Source of the DNA: the human T2T-CHM13v2.0 reference genome, Homo sapiens
Direction: 5' to 3' (one strand)
Assembly: GCF_009914755.1 (NCBI RefSeq)
Contig: NC_060940.1
Length of the DNA stretch: 64,000 nucleotides
A program made the position numbers and the translations under genes. The notes under the pieces are model-generated. The model made no database searches. It had not been told where the DNA came from and was given only the letters and a program-made list of their open reading frames with translations. This document shows positions 31,201 to 45,900 of the stretch, piece by piece (position 1 is the stretch's first letter; every line of letters begins with the position of its first letter).

Positions 31201-34200
31201 ATTCAATGATGTTTCCATTTGATTCCATTCGACCATGATTGCCTTTGATTCCATTCAATGATTCCATTCGGTTCCGTTTGATGATGATTCCGTTCGATTC
31301 CATTTGATGATTCCATTTGATTCCATTGGATGGGTCCATTCGATTACATTCGATGATTATTCCATTCGAGTGCATTAGATGATTCCATTCGAGTCCATTC
31401 GATGATTCCATTCGATTCCATTCGATGTTGATTCTGTTCAAATCCATTCGATGATTCCACTCGATTCCATTCGTTGACTCCATTTGATCCCATTCGATGA
31501 TTTCCTTTGATTCCCTTTGATGATCATTCCATTTGATTCAATTCGGTGATTTCATTTGATTCCATTCAGTGATGTTTCCATTCGACTCCATTCGATGATG
31601 ATTCCATTCGACTCCATTCGATTATGATTTCATTCAATTCCATTCGATAATGATTCCCTGCGAGTCTATTCGATGATTCCATTCGATTCCATTCAACGAT
31701 GATTTGATTCGTGTCCATTCGATGATTCCATTTGATTCCACTTGATGATGATTCCATTCGAGCCCATTTGATGATTCCATTCAATTCCATACTCCGATGA
31801 TTTCTTTTGAGCCCACTCAATGCTTCCACTCGATTCCATATGATGATGACTCCATTCGATGAAATTCGATGATGATTCCATTCGCTTGCTTTCGATGATG
31901 ATTCCACTTGAGTCCGTTAGAAGATTCTATTCAATTACATTCCATGACGATTCCGTTCGAGTCCATTTGATGATTCCATTAGACTCCATTCGACGATGAT
32001 TCCATTCGATGTTATTCGATGATTCCATTCGATCTCATTCGATGATGATTCCATTCAACTCCATTCGATGTTTCCATTCGAGTTCATTCTATTATTCCAT
32101 TAGATTCCATTCGATGATGATTCCATTCGATTCCATTTGATGATTGCATTCTATTTCATTTGATGATGATTCCATTCGAGTCCACTCGATGATTCCATTC
32201 GAGTCCATTTAATGAATCCATTGGTTTCAATTCTATGATGATTACATTGGATTCCATTCGTTGATGATTTCATTCGGTTCCATTCAATGATGATTCCATT
32301 CAATTCCTTTCAATGTTTCCATTCAATTCCATACGATGATGATTCCATTTGATTTGATTCGACAGTGAGCCATTCGATTCAATTCCATGATGATTCTATT
32401 TGATTCAATTGGTTGACATTTCCATTCGATTCCATTCGATGATGATTCCCTTTGATTCCGTTCAAAGATGATTCCATTCTAGCCCATTCAATCATTCCAT
32501 TCGATTCTATTCAATGATGATTCTATTCATGTCGATTTGGTGATTCCATTTGACTTCATTTGATGATGATTCCTTTCAAGTTCATTAGATGATTCCATTC
32601 GATTCCATTTGATGATGATCCCATTCGAGTCCATTCAGTGATTCCATTCATTTCCATTCCATGATGATTCCATTCCTTTCCATTCAATGATTCCATTCGA
32701 TTCCGTTTGATGATGATTTCATTCGAGTCCATTTGATGATTCCATTTGATTCCATTCGATGATGATTCCATTCGAGTCCATTCGATGATTCTATTCGAAT
32801 CCATTTGATGATTTCTTTTGATTATATTTGGTGATGATTCCATTGGAGTCCATTCAATGATTCCATTCTATTCCAATCGATGATGATTCCATTAGAGTCC
32901 ATTTAATGATTCCATTTGATTCCAGTCTCTGATGATTACATTCGAGTCCATACGATGATTCCACTCAATTCCATATGATGATGATTCCATTTGATTCCAT
33001 TCGGTGATTCCATTCTATTCTATTCAATGGTGATTCCATTCGAGTACATTAGATGATTCCATTCGATTCCATTCAATGATGATTCTATTTGTGTCCCTTA
33101 GATGATTCCACATGATTCCATTAGATGATGATACTATTTGAGCCCATCCAATGATTCCCTTCGATTCCATTCGATGAGGATTCCATTCGATTCAATTCAT
33201 TGGTGATTCTATTCAATTCAATTCTTTGATTCCATTCCATTCCATTCGACAATAATTCCATTCGATTTCTTTCGATGATTCCACTCGATTCCACTTGACA
33301 TTGATTCCATTCGATTCCATTCAATGATTCCATTTGATTCCAGTGGATGATGATTGCCATCGATTCCATTCGATCACTCCATTCTATTCCATTTGATGAT
33401 GATTACATTCGATTCCATTTGATGATTCCATCTGATTCTATTCGAGGATTCCATTTGATTCCATTCGATGATGATTCCATTCGAGTCCATTCGATGATTT
33501 CATTCGAGTACATCCAATGATTCCATTCGAGTCCATTAGATGATTCCATTTGATTCCATTTGAAAATGATTCTACTAGAGTCCATTCAATGACTCCATTC
33601 GAGTCCATTCAACAATTCCATTCGACTCCATTCGATGATTCCATTCGATTCCATTTGATGGTTCCATTCGAGTCCATTTAATCATTACAGTCGAGTCCAT
33701 TTGGTGATTCCACTGGATTTCTTTTGATAATGATACCATTCAATTACATTTGATGATGATCCCATTCAATTTCATTTGATGATGATTCCATTAGAGTCCA
33801 TTCGATGATTTCATTCGAGTCCCTTCATTGATTCCATCCGATTTCATTGGATGATGACTCCATTCGAGTCCATTCGATGATTCCACTCGATTCCATTAGA
33901 TGACTCCATTGGAGCCCATTTGATTGTTCCATTCGATTCCATTCGATTCCTTTCGAAGATTATTCCATTTGAGTCCATTCGATGATGATTCCATTCCATT
34001 CCATTTGATGATTCCGTTTGATTCCATTCGATGATTCCCTTCGATTCCTTTCTTTGATGATTCCATTCCATTCCATTCAATGATTCCATTCGAATCTATT
34101 CCATGATGATTCCTTTCGATTCCATTCGCTGATGTTTCCGTTCAATTCCATTCGATGATGATTCCATTCGATTCCATTCATTGAGGATTCCATTTGATTC

Positions 34201-34384
34201 CATTCAATGATGATTCCATTCTATTCCATTCAATGATTGCATTCAATTCCATTCAATGATTATCCCCTTAGAGTAAACTCAACGATTCCATTCAATACCA
34301 TTCGATGATGATTCCTTTTGAGTCCATTCAATGATTTCATTCAAGTCCATTTGATGATTCCTTTCAATTCCATTCTATGATGAT
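28273..34384 (+). repeat. Higher-order unit 5 (canonical 6112 bp)
   Basis: Marker 28433 to 34545 = 6112. It carries the diagnostic variants of units 3/4 up to ~33.3 kb but has no junction at 33469. Confidence 0.92.
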
Positions 34385-36788
34385 TCCATTCGAGTCCATT
34401 CGATGATTCCATTCGATTGCATTCGATGATTCCATTATATTCCATTCAACGGTGATTCCATTCGAGTCCATTCCATGATTCCATTAGAGTACATTTAATG
34501 ATTGCTTTGTTTTCAATTCGAAGATGATTACATTGGATTCCATTCTATGATACCATTCGATTCCATTCAATGATGATTCCACTCAAATCCATTGGATGAT
34601 TCCATTCGTGTCCATTCGGTGATTTCATTAGATTCCATTCGAGGATGATTCCATTCGATTCCATTCGATGATTCCATTCAATTCCATTAGATGATGATTC
34701 CATTCCAGTCCATATGATCATTCCATTCAATTCCATACGATGATGATTCCATTTGATTTGATTCGACAGTGAGCCATTTGATTCAATTCCATGATGATTC
34801 TATTTGATTCAATTGGTTGACATTTCCATTCGATTCCATTCGATGATGATTCCCTTTGATTCCGTTCAAAGATGATTCCATTCTAGCCCATTCAATCATT
34901 CCATTCGATTCTATTCAATGATGATTCCATTCATGTCGATTTGGTGATTCCATTTGACTTCATTTGATGATGATTCCTTTCAAGTTCATTAGATGATTCC
35001 ATTCGATTCCATTTGATGATGATCCCATTCGAATCCATTCAGTGATTCCATTCATTTCCATTCCATGATGATTCCATTCCTTTCCATTCAATGATTCCAT
35101 TCGATTCCGTTTGATGATGATTTCATTCGAGTCCATTTGATGATTCCATTTGATTCCATTCGATGATGATTCCATTCGAGTCCATTCGATGATTCTATTC
35201 GAATCCATTTGATGATTTCTTTTGATTATATTTGGTGATGATTCCATTGGAGTCCATTCAATGATTCCATTCTATTCCAATCGATGATGATTCCATTAGA
35301 GTCCATTTAATGATTCCATTTGATTCCAGTCTCTGATGATTACATTCGAGTCCATACGATGATTCCACTCAATTCCATATGATGATGATTCCATTTGATT
35401 CCATTCGGTGATTCCATTCTATTCTATTCAATGGTGATTCCATTCGAGTACATTAGATGATTCCATTCGATTCCATTCAATGATGATTCTATTTGTGTCC
35501 CTTAGATGATTCCACATGATTCCATTACATGATGATACTATTTGAGCCCATCCAATGATTCCCTTCGATTCCATTCGATGAGGATTCCATTCGATTCAAT
35601 TCATTGGTGATTCTATTCAATTCAATTCTTTGATTCCATTCCATTCCATTCGACAATGATTCCATTCGATTTCTTTCGATGATTCCACTCGATTCCACTT
35701 GACATTGATTCCATTCGATTCCATTCAATGATTCCATTTGATTCCAGTGGATGATGATTGCCATCGATTCCATTCGATCACTCCATTCTATTCCATTTGA
35801 TGATGATTACATTCGATTCCATTTGATGATTCCATCTGATTCTATTCGAGGATTCCATTTGATTCCATTCGATGATGATTCCATTCGAGTCCATTCGATG
35901 ATTTCATTCGAGTACATCCAATGATTCCATTCGAGTCCATTAGATGATTCCGTTTGATTCCATTTGAAAATGATTCTACTAGAGTCCATTCAATGACTCC
36001 ATTCGAGTCCATTCAACAATTCCATTCGACTCCATTCGATGATTCCATTCGATTCCATTTGATGGTTCCATTCGAGTCCATTTAATCATTACAGTCGAGT
36101 CCGTTTGGTGATTCCACTGGATTTCTTTTGATAATGATACCATTCAATTACATTTGATGATGATCCCATTCAATTTCATTTGATGATGATTCCATTAGAG
36201 TCCATTCGATGATTTCATTCGAGTCCCTTCATTGATTCCATCCGATTTCATTGGATGATGACTCCATTCGAGTCCATTCGATGATTCCACTCGATTCCAT
36301 TAGATGACTCCATTGGAGTCCATTTGATTGTTCCATTCGATTCCATTCGATTCCTTTCGAAGATTATTCCATTTGAGTCCATTCGATGATGATTCCATTC
36401 CATTCCATTCGATGATTCCGTTTGATTCCATTCGATGATTCCCTTCGATTCCTTTCTTTGATGATTCCATTCCATTCCATTCAATGATTCCATTCGAATC
36501 TATTCCATGATGATTCCTTTCGATTCCATTCGCTGATGTTTCCGTTCAATTCCATTCGATGATGATTCCATTCGATTCCATTCATTGAGGATTCCATTTG
36601 ATTCCATTCAATGATGATTCCATTCTATTCCATTCAATGATTTCATTCAATTCCATTCAATGATTATCCCCTTAGAGTAAACTCAACGATTGCATTCAAT
36701 ACCATTCGATGATGATTCCTTTTGAGTCCATTCAATGATTTCATTCAAGTCCATTTGATGATTCCTTTCAATTCCATTCGATGATGAT
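34385..36788 (+). repeat. Higher-order unit 6, short variant (2404 = 6112 - 3708 bp)
   Basis: Marker 34545 to 36949 = 2404. The sequence jumps from unit phase 337-343 to phase 4045-4051 at TTCCATT (34721-34727). Confidence 0.93.
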
Positions 36789-39700
36789 TCCATTCGAGTC
36801 CATTCGATGATTCCATTCGATTGCATTCGATGATTCCATTATATTCCATTCAACGGTGATTCCATTCGAGTCCATTCCATGATTCCATTAGAGTACATTT
36901 AATGATTGCTTTGTTTTCAATTCGAAGATGACTGCATTGGATTCCATTCTATGATACCATTCGATTCCATTCAATGATGATTCCACTCAAATCCATTGGA
37001 TGATTCCATTCGTGTCCATTCGGTGATTTCATTAGATTCCATTCGAGGATGATTCCATTCGATTCCATTCGATGATTCCATTCAATTCCATTCGATGATG
37101 ATTCCATTCCAGTCCATATGATCATTCCATTTGATTTCATTCGATGATGATTCCATTCGATTCCATTCGACGATTCCATTCTATTCCATTCGATGATGAT
37201 TCCATTCGAGTCCATTCGATCAATCCATTCGAGTCCATTTAATGATTCCATTGGGTTCAATTCAATGATGATTACATTGGATTCCGTTCTATGATTCCAT
37301 TCAATTCCGTTCATTGACAATTTGATTCCATTCGATGATGATTCCATTTGAGTTCATTCGATGATTCTATTCGATTCTCTTCGATGGTGATTCAATTCTA
37401 TTATATTGGATGATTCCATTCGATTCCATTTGATGTTGATTCAATTCGATTCTATTCGATGATGATTCCATTGGATTTCACTTGATGATTCTATTCGATT
37501 CCATTCAATGATGATTCACTTCTCGTCCATTGGATGATTCCATTTCATTCCATTCGATGATGATTCCATTTGATTCCATTCGTTGATTCCATTTGATTCC
37601 ATGCGACGGTGAGCAATTCGATTCAATTCCATGATGATTCTATTTGATTCAATTAGATGATGTTTCCATTCGAATCCATTCCATGATTATTCCATTGGAA
37701 TCCATTCGGCGATGATTCCATATGAGTCAATTCAATGATGATTCCATATGGGTCCGTTCGATGATAATTCCATTTGATTTCATTCGATGCTTCTATTCTA
37801 TTCCAGTCGATGATGATTCCGTTGGAGTCCATACGATGATTCCATTTGATTTCATTTGATGATGATTCCATTCGATGATGATTACATTGGATTCCATTCT
37901 ATGATTCCATTCAATTCCATTCGTTGATGATTCGATTCCATTCAATGATGATTCCATTTGAGTTCATTCGATGATTCTATTCGATTCCGTTCGATGGTGA
38001 TTCAATTCTATTATATTGGATGATTCCACTCGATTCCATTTGATGATTATTCCATTGGAGTCCACTTAGTGAATCCTTTAGATTCTACTCGACGATGATT
38101 CCATTCGAGTCCATTCGATGATACCATTCAATTCCATTCGTTGATGCTTCCATTCAAGTGCATTCGATGATATCATTCGATTCCATTTGATGATAATTCC
38201 ATTTGATTCCATGCGATGATTCTATTCGATTCCATTCAATGATAATTCCATTCAATTCAGTGATTCCTCTGGACTCCATTTGATGATGATTCCATTCAAT
38301 GATTCCATTCGATTCTATTCGAAAATGATTCCATTTGAATCCATTTGATGATGATTCCATTAGATTCCATTTGATGATTCCATTCGATTCCATTCGACGA
38401 TGATTCCATTCGATTCCGTTTGATGATTCCATTCTATTCTATTCGATGATGATTCCATTCGATTCCATTCGATGATGATTGGATTCGATTCCATTGGATG
38501 ATTTCATTTGATTCCATTCGTTAATGATTTCGATCAATTCCATTCGATGATTCCATTCGATTCCATTCGATAATGATTACATCCGAGTCCATTCGATGAT
38601 TCCCTTTGAGCCTGTTCGATAATTCCATTTGAGTCCAACCAATGATTCCATTCATTTCCATTCAATGATTCCATTCGAGTCCATTTGATCATTCCGGTAG
38701 GGTCCATTCGATGTTGATTCCATTGGAGTGCATTCGATGATTCCATTCGAGTCCATTTTAGGATTTGATTCGAGTCCTTTCGATGATTCCATTCGATTCC
38801 ACTCGATGATGATTTCATTCGAGTCCATTCGACACTTCCAATCGATTCCATTTGATGATTCCATTCGAGTCCAATTGATGATTCCATTCAATTCCATTCG
38901 ATGATGATTCCGTACGATTCCATTCTGTGATGATTCCATGTGATTGCATTCAATGATGATTCCTTTCGATTACATTCGATTATGATTCATTTCGTGTTCA
39001 TTCTATGGTTCCACAGGTTTCCATTCGTGTCCATTCCATTATTCCATTCTATTCCATTTGATGATGATTCCGTTCGATTCCATTCATTGGTGATTCCACT
39101 CAATTCCATTCAATGATTCCATTCCATTTCTTTCAACAATGATTCCATTAGTTTCTAATCGATGATCCACTTGATTCCATTTGACGACGATTCCATTCTT
39201 GTCCATTCGATGATTCCATTTGATTCCATATGATGATGATTCCATTCGATTCCATACCATGATGATTCCATTCGAGTCCATTCAATGGTGATTCCATTCA
39301 ATTCCATTCGATGATTCCTTTTGATTCCATTCGATGATGATGGCATTCGATTCCTTTCAATCATTCCCTTTGATTCCATTCAAAGGTGATTTCATTCAAG
39401 TCCATTCGATAATTGCATTCGATTCCATTCTATGATGATTCCATTCGAGTCCATTTGATGATTCCATTCAATTCAAGTCAATGATGATTCCATTCGATTC
39501 CATTCGATGATTCCATTGGATTCCATTCGATGATGATTCCATTCAAATCCATTCGATAATTCAATTCAAGTCCATTCGATGATGATTCCAATCGAATCCA
39601 TTCAAAGATTCCATTCAGTTCCATTCGATGATTCCCTTAGATTCCATTCGATGATTCCACTTGATTGCATTTACGATGATTCCATTCGATTCCATGTGAT

Positions 39701-42700
39701 GATTCCATTCAATTCTATTCAATGATGTCTCCATTTGATTCCATTCGACCATGATTGCCTTTGATTCCATTCAATGATTCCATTTGGTTCCGTTTGATGA
39801 TGATTCCGTTCGATTCCATTTGATGATTCCATTTGATTCCATTGGATGAGTCCATTCGATTACATTCGATGATTATTCCATTCGAGTGCATTAGATGATT
39901 CCATTCGAGTCCATTCGATGATTCCATTCGATTCCATTCGATGTTGATTCTGTTCAAATCCATTCGATGATTCCACTCGATTCCATTCGTTGACTCCATT
40001 TGATCCCATTCGATGATTTCCTTTGATTCCCTTTGATGATCATTCCATTTGATTCAATTCGGTGATTTCATTTGATTCCATTCAGTGATGTTTCCATTCG
40101 ACTCCATTCGATGATGATTCCATTCGACTCCATTCGATTATGATTTCATTCAATTCCATTCGATAATGATTCCCTTCGAGTCCATTCGATGATTCCATTC
40201 GATTCCATTCAACAATGATTTGATTCGTGTCCATTCGATGATTCCATTTGATTCCACATGATGATGATTCCATTCGAGTCCATTTGATGATTCCATTCAA
40301 TTCCATACTCCGATGATTTCTTTTGAGCCCACTCAATGCTTCCACTCGATTCCATATGATGATGACTCCATTCGATGAAATTCGATGATGATTCCATTCG
40401 CTTGCTTTCGATGATGATTCCACTTGAGTCCGTTAGAAGATTCTATTCAATTACATTCCATGACAATTCCGTTCGAGTCCATTTGATGATTCCATTAGAC
40501 TCCATTCGACGATGATTCCATTCGATGTTATTCGATGATTCCATTCGATCTCATTCGATGATGATTCCATTCAACTCCATTCGATGTTTCCATTCGAGTT
40601 CATTCTATTATTCCATTAGATTCCATTCGATGATGATTCCATTCGATTCCATTTGATGATTGCATTCTATTTCATTTGATGATGATTCCATTCGAGTCCA
40701 CTCGATGATTCCATTCGAGTCCATTTAATGAATCCATTGGTTTCAATTCTATGATGATTACATTGGATTCCATTCGTTGATGATTTCATTCGGTTCCATT
40801 CAATGATGATTCCATTCAATTCCTTTCAATGTTTCCATTCAATTCCATACGATGATGATTCCATTTGATTTGATTCGACAGTGAGCCATTCGATTCAATT
40901 CCATGATGATTCTATTTGATTCAATTGGTTGACATTTCCATTCGATTCCATTCGATGATGATTCCCTTTGATTCCGTTCAAAGATGATTCCATTCTAGCC
41001 CATTCAATCATTCCATTCGATTCTATTCAATGATGATTCCATTCATGTCGATTTGGTGATTCCATTTGACTTCATTTGATGATGATTCCTTTCAAGTTCA
41101 TTAGATGATTCCATTCGATTCCATTTGATGATGATCCCATTCGAGTCCATTCAGTGATTCCATTCGTTTCCATTCCATGATGATTCCATTCCTTTCCATT
41201 CAATGATTCCATTCGATTCCGTTTGATGATGATTTCATTCGAGTCCATTTGATGATTCCATTTGATTCCATTCGATGATGATTCCATTCGAGTCCATTCG
41301 ATGATTCTATTCGAATCCATTTGATGATTTCTTTTGATTATATTTGGTGATGATTCCATTGGAGTCCATTCAATGATTCCATTCGATTCCAATCGATGAT
41401 GATTCCATTAGAGTCCATTTAATGATTCCACTTGATTCCAGTCTCTGATGATTACATTCGAGTCCATACGATGATTCCACTCAATTCCATATGATGATGA
41501 TTCCATTTGATTCCATTCGGTGATTCCATTCTATTCTATTCAATGGTGATTCCATTCGAGTACATTAGATGATTCCATTCGATTCCATTCAATGATGATT
41601 CTATTTGTGTCCCTTAGATGATTCCACATGATTCCATTACATGATGATACTATTTGAGCCCATCCAATGATTCCCTTCGATTCCATTCGATGAGGATTCC
41701 ATTCGATTCAGTTCATTGGTGATTCTATTCAATTCAATTCTTTGATTCCATTCCATTCCATTCGACAATGATTCCATTCGATTTCTTTCGATGATTCCAC
41801 TCGATTCCACTTGACATTGATTCCCTTCGATTCCATTCAATGATTCCATTTGATTCCAGTGGATGATGATTGCCATCGATTCCATTCGATCACTCCATTC
41901 TATTCCATTTGATGATGATTACATTCGATTCCATTTGACGATTCCATCTGATTCTATTCGAGGATTCCATTTGATTCCATTCGATGATGATTCCATTCGA
42001 GTCCATTCGATGATTTCATTCGAGTACATCCAATGATTCCATTCGAGTCCATTAGATGATTCCATTTGATTCCATTTGAAAATGATTCTACTAGAGTCCA
42101 TTCAATGACTCCATTCGAGTCCATTCAACAATTCCATTCGACTCCATTCGATGATTCCATTCGATTCCATTTGATGGTTCCATTCGAGTCCATTTAATCA
42201 TTACAGTCGAGTCCATTTGGTGATTCCACTGGATTTCTTTTGATAATGATACCATTCAATTACATTTGATGATGATCCCATTCAATTTCATTTGATGATG
42301 ATTCCATTAGAGTCCATTCGATGATTTCATTCGAGTCCCTTCATTGATTCCGTCCGATTTCATTGGATGATGACTCCATTCGAGTCCATTCGATGATTCC
42401 ACTCGATTCCATTAGATGACTCCATTGGAGTCCATTTGATTGTTCCATTCGATTCCATTCGATTCCTTTCGAAGATTATTCCATTTGAGTGCATTCGATG
42501 ATGATTCCATTCCATTCCATTCGATGATTCCGTTTGATTCTATTCGATGATTCCCTTCGATTCCTTTCTTTGATGATTCCATTCCATTCCATTCAATGAT
42601 TCCATTCGAATCTATTCCATGATGATTTCTTTCGATTCCATTCGCTGATGTTTCCGTTCAATTCCATTCGATGATGATTCCATTCGATTCCATTCATTGA

Positions 42701-42900
42701 GGATTCCATTTGATTCCATTCAATGATGATTCCATTCTATTCCATTCAATGATTGCATTCAATTCCATTCAATGATTATCCCATTAGAGTAAACTCAACG
42801 ATTCCATTCAATACCATTCGATGATGATTCCTTTTGAGTCCATTCAATGATTTCATTCAAGTCCATTTGATGATTCCTTTCAATTCCATTCTATGATGAT
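36789..42900 (+). repeat. Higher-order unit 7 (canonical 6112 bp)
   Basis: Marker 36949 to 43061 = 6112. Confidence 0.93.
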
Positions 42901-45900
42901 TCCATTCGAGTCCATTCGATGATTCCATTCGATTGCATTCGATGATTCCATTATATTCCATTCAACGGTGATTCCATTCGAGTCCATTCCATGATTCCAT
43001 TAGAGTACATTTAATGATTGCTTTGTTTTCAATTCGAAGATGATTACATTGGATTCCATTCTATGATACCATTCGATTCCATTCAATGATGATTCCACTC
43101 AAATCCATTGGATGATTCCATTCGTGTCCATTCGGTGATTTCATTAGATTCCATTCGAGGATGATTCCATTCGATTCCATTCGATGATTCCATTCAATTC
43201 CATTCGATGATGATTCCATTCCAGTCCATATGATCATTCCATTTGATTTCATTCGATGATGATTCCATTCGATTCCTTTCGACGATTCCATTCTATTCCA
43301 TTCGATGATGATTCCATTCGAGTCCATTCGATGATTCCATTCGAGTCCATTTAATGATTCCATTGGGTTCAATTCAATGATGATTACATTGGATTCCGTT
43401 CTCTGATTCCATTCAATTCCGTTCAATGACAATTTGATTCCATTCGATGATGATTCCATTTGAGTTCATTCGATGATTCTATTCGATTCTCTTCGATGGT
43501 GATTCAATTTTATTATATTGGATAATTCCATTCGATTCCATTTGATGTTGATTCAATTCGATTCTATTCGATGATGATTCCATTGGATTTCACTTGATGA
43601 TTCTATTCGATTCCATTCAATGATGATTCACTTCTCGTCCATTGGATGATTCCATTTCATTCCATTCGATGATGATTCCATTCGATTCCATTCGTTGATT
43701 CCATTTGATTCCATGCGACGGTGAGCAATTCGATTCAATTCCATGATGATTCTATTTGATTCAATTAGATGATGTTTCCATTCGAATCCATTCCATGATT
43801 ATTCCATTGGAATCCATTCGGCGATGATTCCATATGAGTCAATTCAATGATGATTCCATATGGGTCCGTTCGATGATAATTCCATTTGATTTCATTCGAT
43901 GCTTCTATTCTATTCCAGTCGATGATGATTCCGTTGGAGTCCATACGATGATTCCATTTGATTTCATTTGATGATGATTCCATTCGATGATGATTACATT
44001 GGATTCCATTCTATGATTCCATTCAATTCCATTCGTTGATGATTCGATTCCATTCAATGATGATTCCATTTGAGTTCATTCGATGATTCTATTCGATTCC
44101 GTTCGATGGTGATTCAATTCTATTATATTGGATGATTCCACTCGATTCCATTTGATGATTATTCCATTGGAGTCCACTTAGTGAATCCTTTAGATTCTAC
44201 TCGACGATGATTCCATTCGAGTCCATTCGATGATACCATTCAATTCCATTCGTTGATGCTTCCATTCAAGTGCATTCGATGATATCATTCGATTCCATTT
44301 GATGATAATTCCATTTGATTCCATGCGATGATTCTATTCGATTCCATTCAATGATAATTCCATTCAATTCAGTGATTCCTCTGGACTCCATTTGATGATG
44401 ATTCCATTCAATGATTCCATTCGATTCTATTCGAAAATGATTCCATTTGAATCCATTTGATGATGATTCCATTAGATTCCATTTGATGATTCCATTCGAT
44501 TCCATTCGACGATGATTCCATTCGATTCCGTTTGATGATTCCATTCTATTCTATTCGATGATGATTCCATTCGATTCCATTCGATGATGATTGGATTCAA
44601 TTCCATTGGATGATTTCATTTGATTCCATTCGTTAATGATTTCGATCAATTCCATTCGATGATTCCATTCGATTCCATTCGATAATGATTACATCCGAGT
44701 CCATTCGATGATTCCCTTTGAGCCTGTTCGATAATTCCATTTGAGTCCAACCAATGATTCCATTCATTTCCATTCAATGATTCCATTCGAGTCCATTTGA
44801 TCATTCCGGTAGGGTCCATTCGATGTTGATTCCATTGGAGTGCATTCGATGATTCCATTCGAGTCCATTTTAGGATTTGATTCGAGTCCTTTCGATGATT
44901 CCATTCGATTCCACTCGATGATGATTTCATTCGAGTCCATTCGACACTTCCAATCGATTCCATTTGATGATTCCATTCGAGTCCAATTGATGATTCCATT
45001 CAATTCCATTCGATGATGATTCCGTACGATTCCATTCTGTGATGATTCCATGTGATTGCATTCAATGATGATTCCTTTCGATTGCATTCGATTATGATTC
45101 ATTTCGTGTTCATTCTATGGTTCCACAGGTTTCCATTCGTGTCCATTCCATTATTCCATTCTATTCCATTTGATGATGATTCCGTTCGATTCCATTCATT
45201 GGTGATTCCACTCAATTCCATTCAATGATTCCATTCCATTTCTTTCAACAATGATTCCATTAGTTTCTAATCGATGATCCACTTGATTCCATTTGACGAC
45301 GATTCCATTCTTGTCCATTCGATGATTCCATTTGATTCCATATGATGATGATTCCATTCGATTCCATACCATGATGATTCCATTCGAGTCCATTCAATGG
45401 TGATTCCATTCAATTCCATTCGATGATTCCTTTTGATTCCATTCGATGATGATGGCATTCGATTCCTTTCAATCATTCCCTTTGATTCCATTCAAAGGTG
45501 ATTTCATTCAAGTCCATTCGATAATTGCATTCGATTCCATTCTATGATGATTCCATTCGAGTCCATTTGATGATTCCATTCAATTCAAGTCAATGATGAT
45601 TCCATTCGATTCCATTCGATGATTCCATTGGATTCCATTCGATGATGATTCCATTCAAATCCATTCGATAATTCAATTCAAGTCCATTCGATGATGATTC
45701 CAATCGAATCCATTCAAAGATTCCATTCAGTTCCATTCGATGATTCCCTTAGATTCCATTCGATGATTCCACTTGATTGCATTTACGATGATTCCATTCG
45801 ATTCCATGTGATGATTCCATTCAATTCTATTCAATGATGTCTCCATTTGATTCCATTCGACCATGATTGCCTTTGATTCCATTCAATGATTCCATTCGGT

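Larger units (their letters stand above)
9436..33468 (+). repeat. Three tandem copies of an 8011-bp block (9436-17446, 17447-25457, 25458-33468)
   Basis: Variants recur at exact 8011-bp spacing and were not seen elsewhere: ccactcaatgattgcattcaattccatac (~12092/20103/28114), aattgcatttg (12281/20292/28303), tatactggatgataccagtc (~13474/21485/29496), ccctgcgagtctatt (~15634/23645/31656), aataattcc (~17229/25240/33251). Confidence 0.9.

Noticed and set aside
12251-36788. Apparent length compensation: 2 x 1899 gained versus 3708 lost (net +90 bp over four periods)
   Set aside because: It is not exact, the breakpoints are at unrelated phases, and no mechanism is evident; most likely coincidence.
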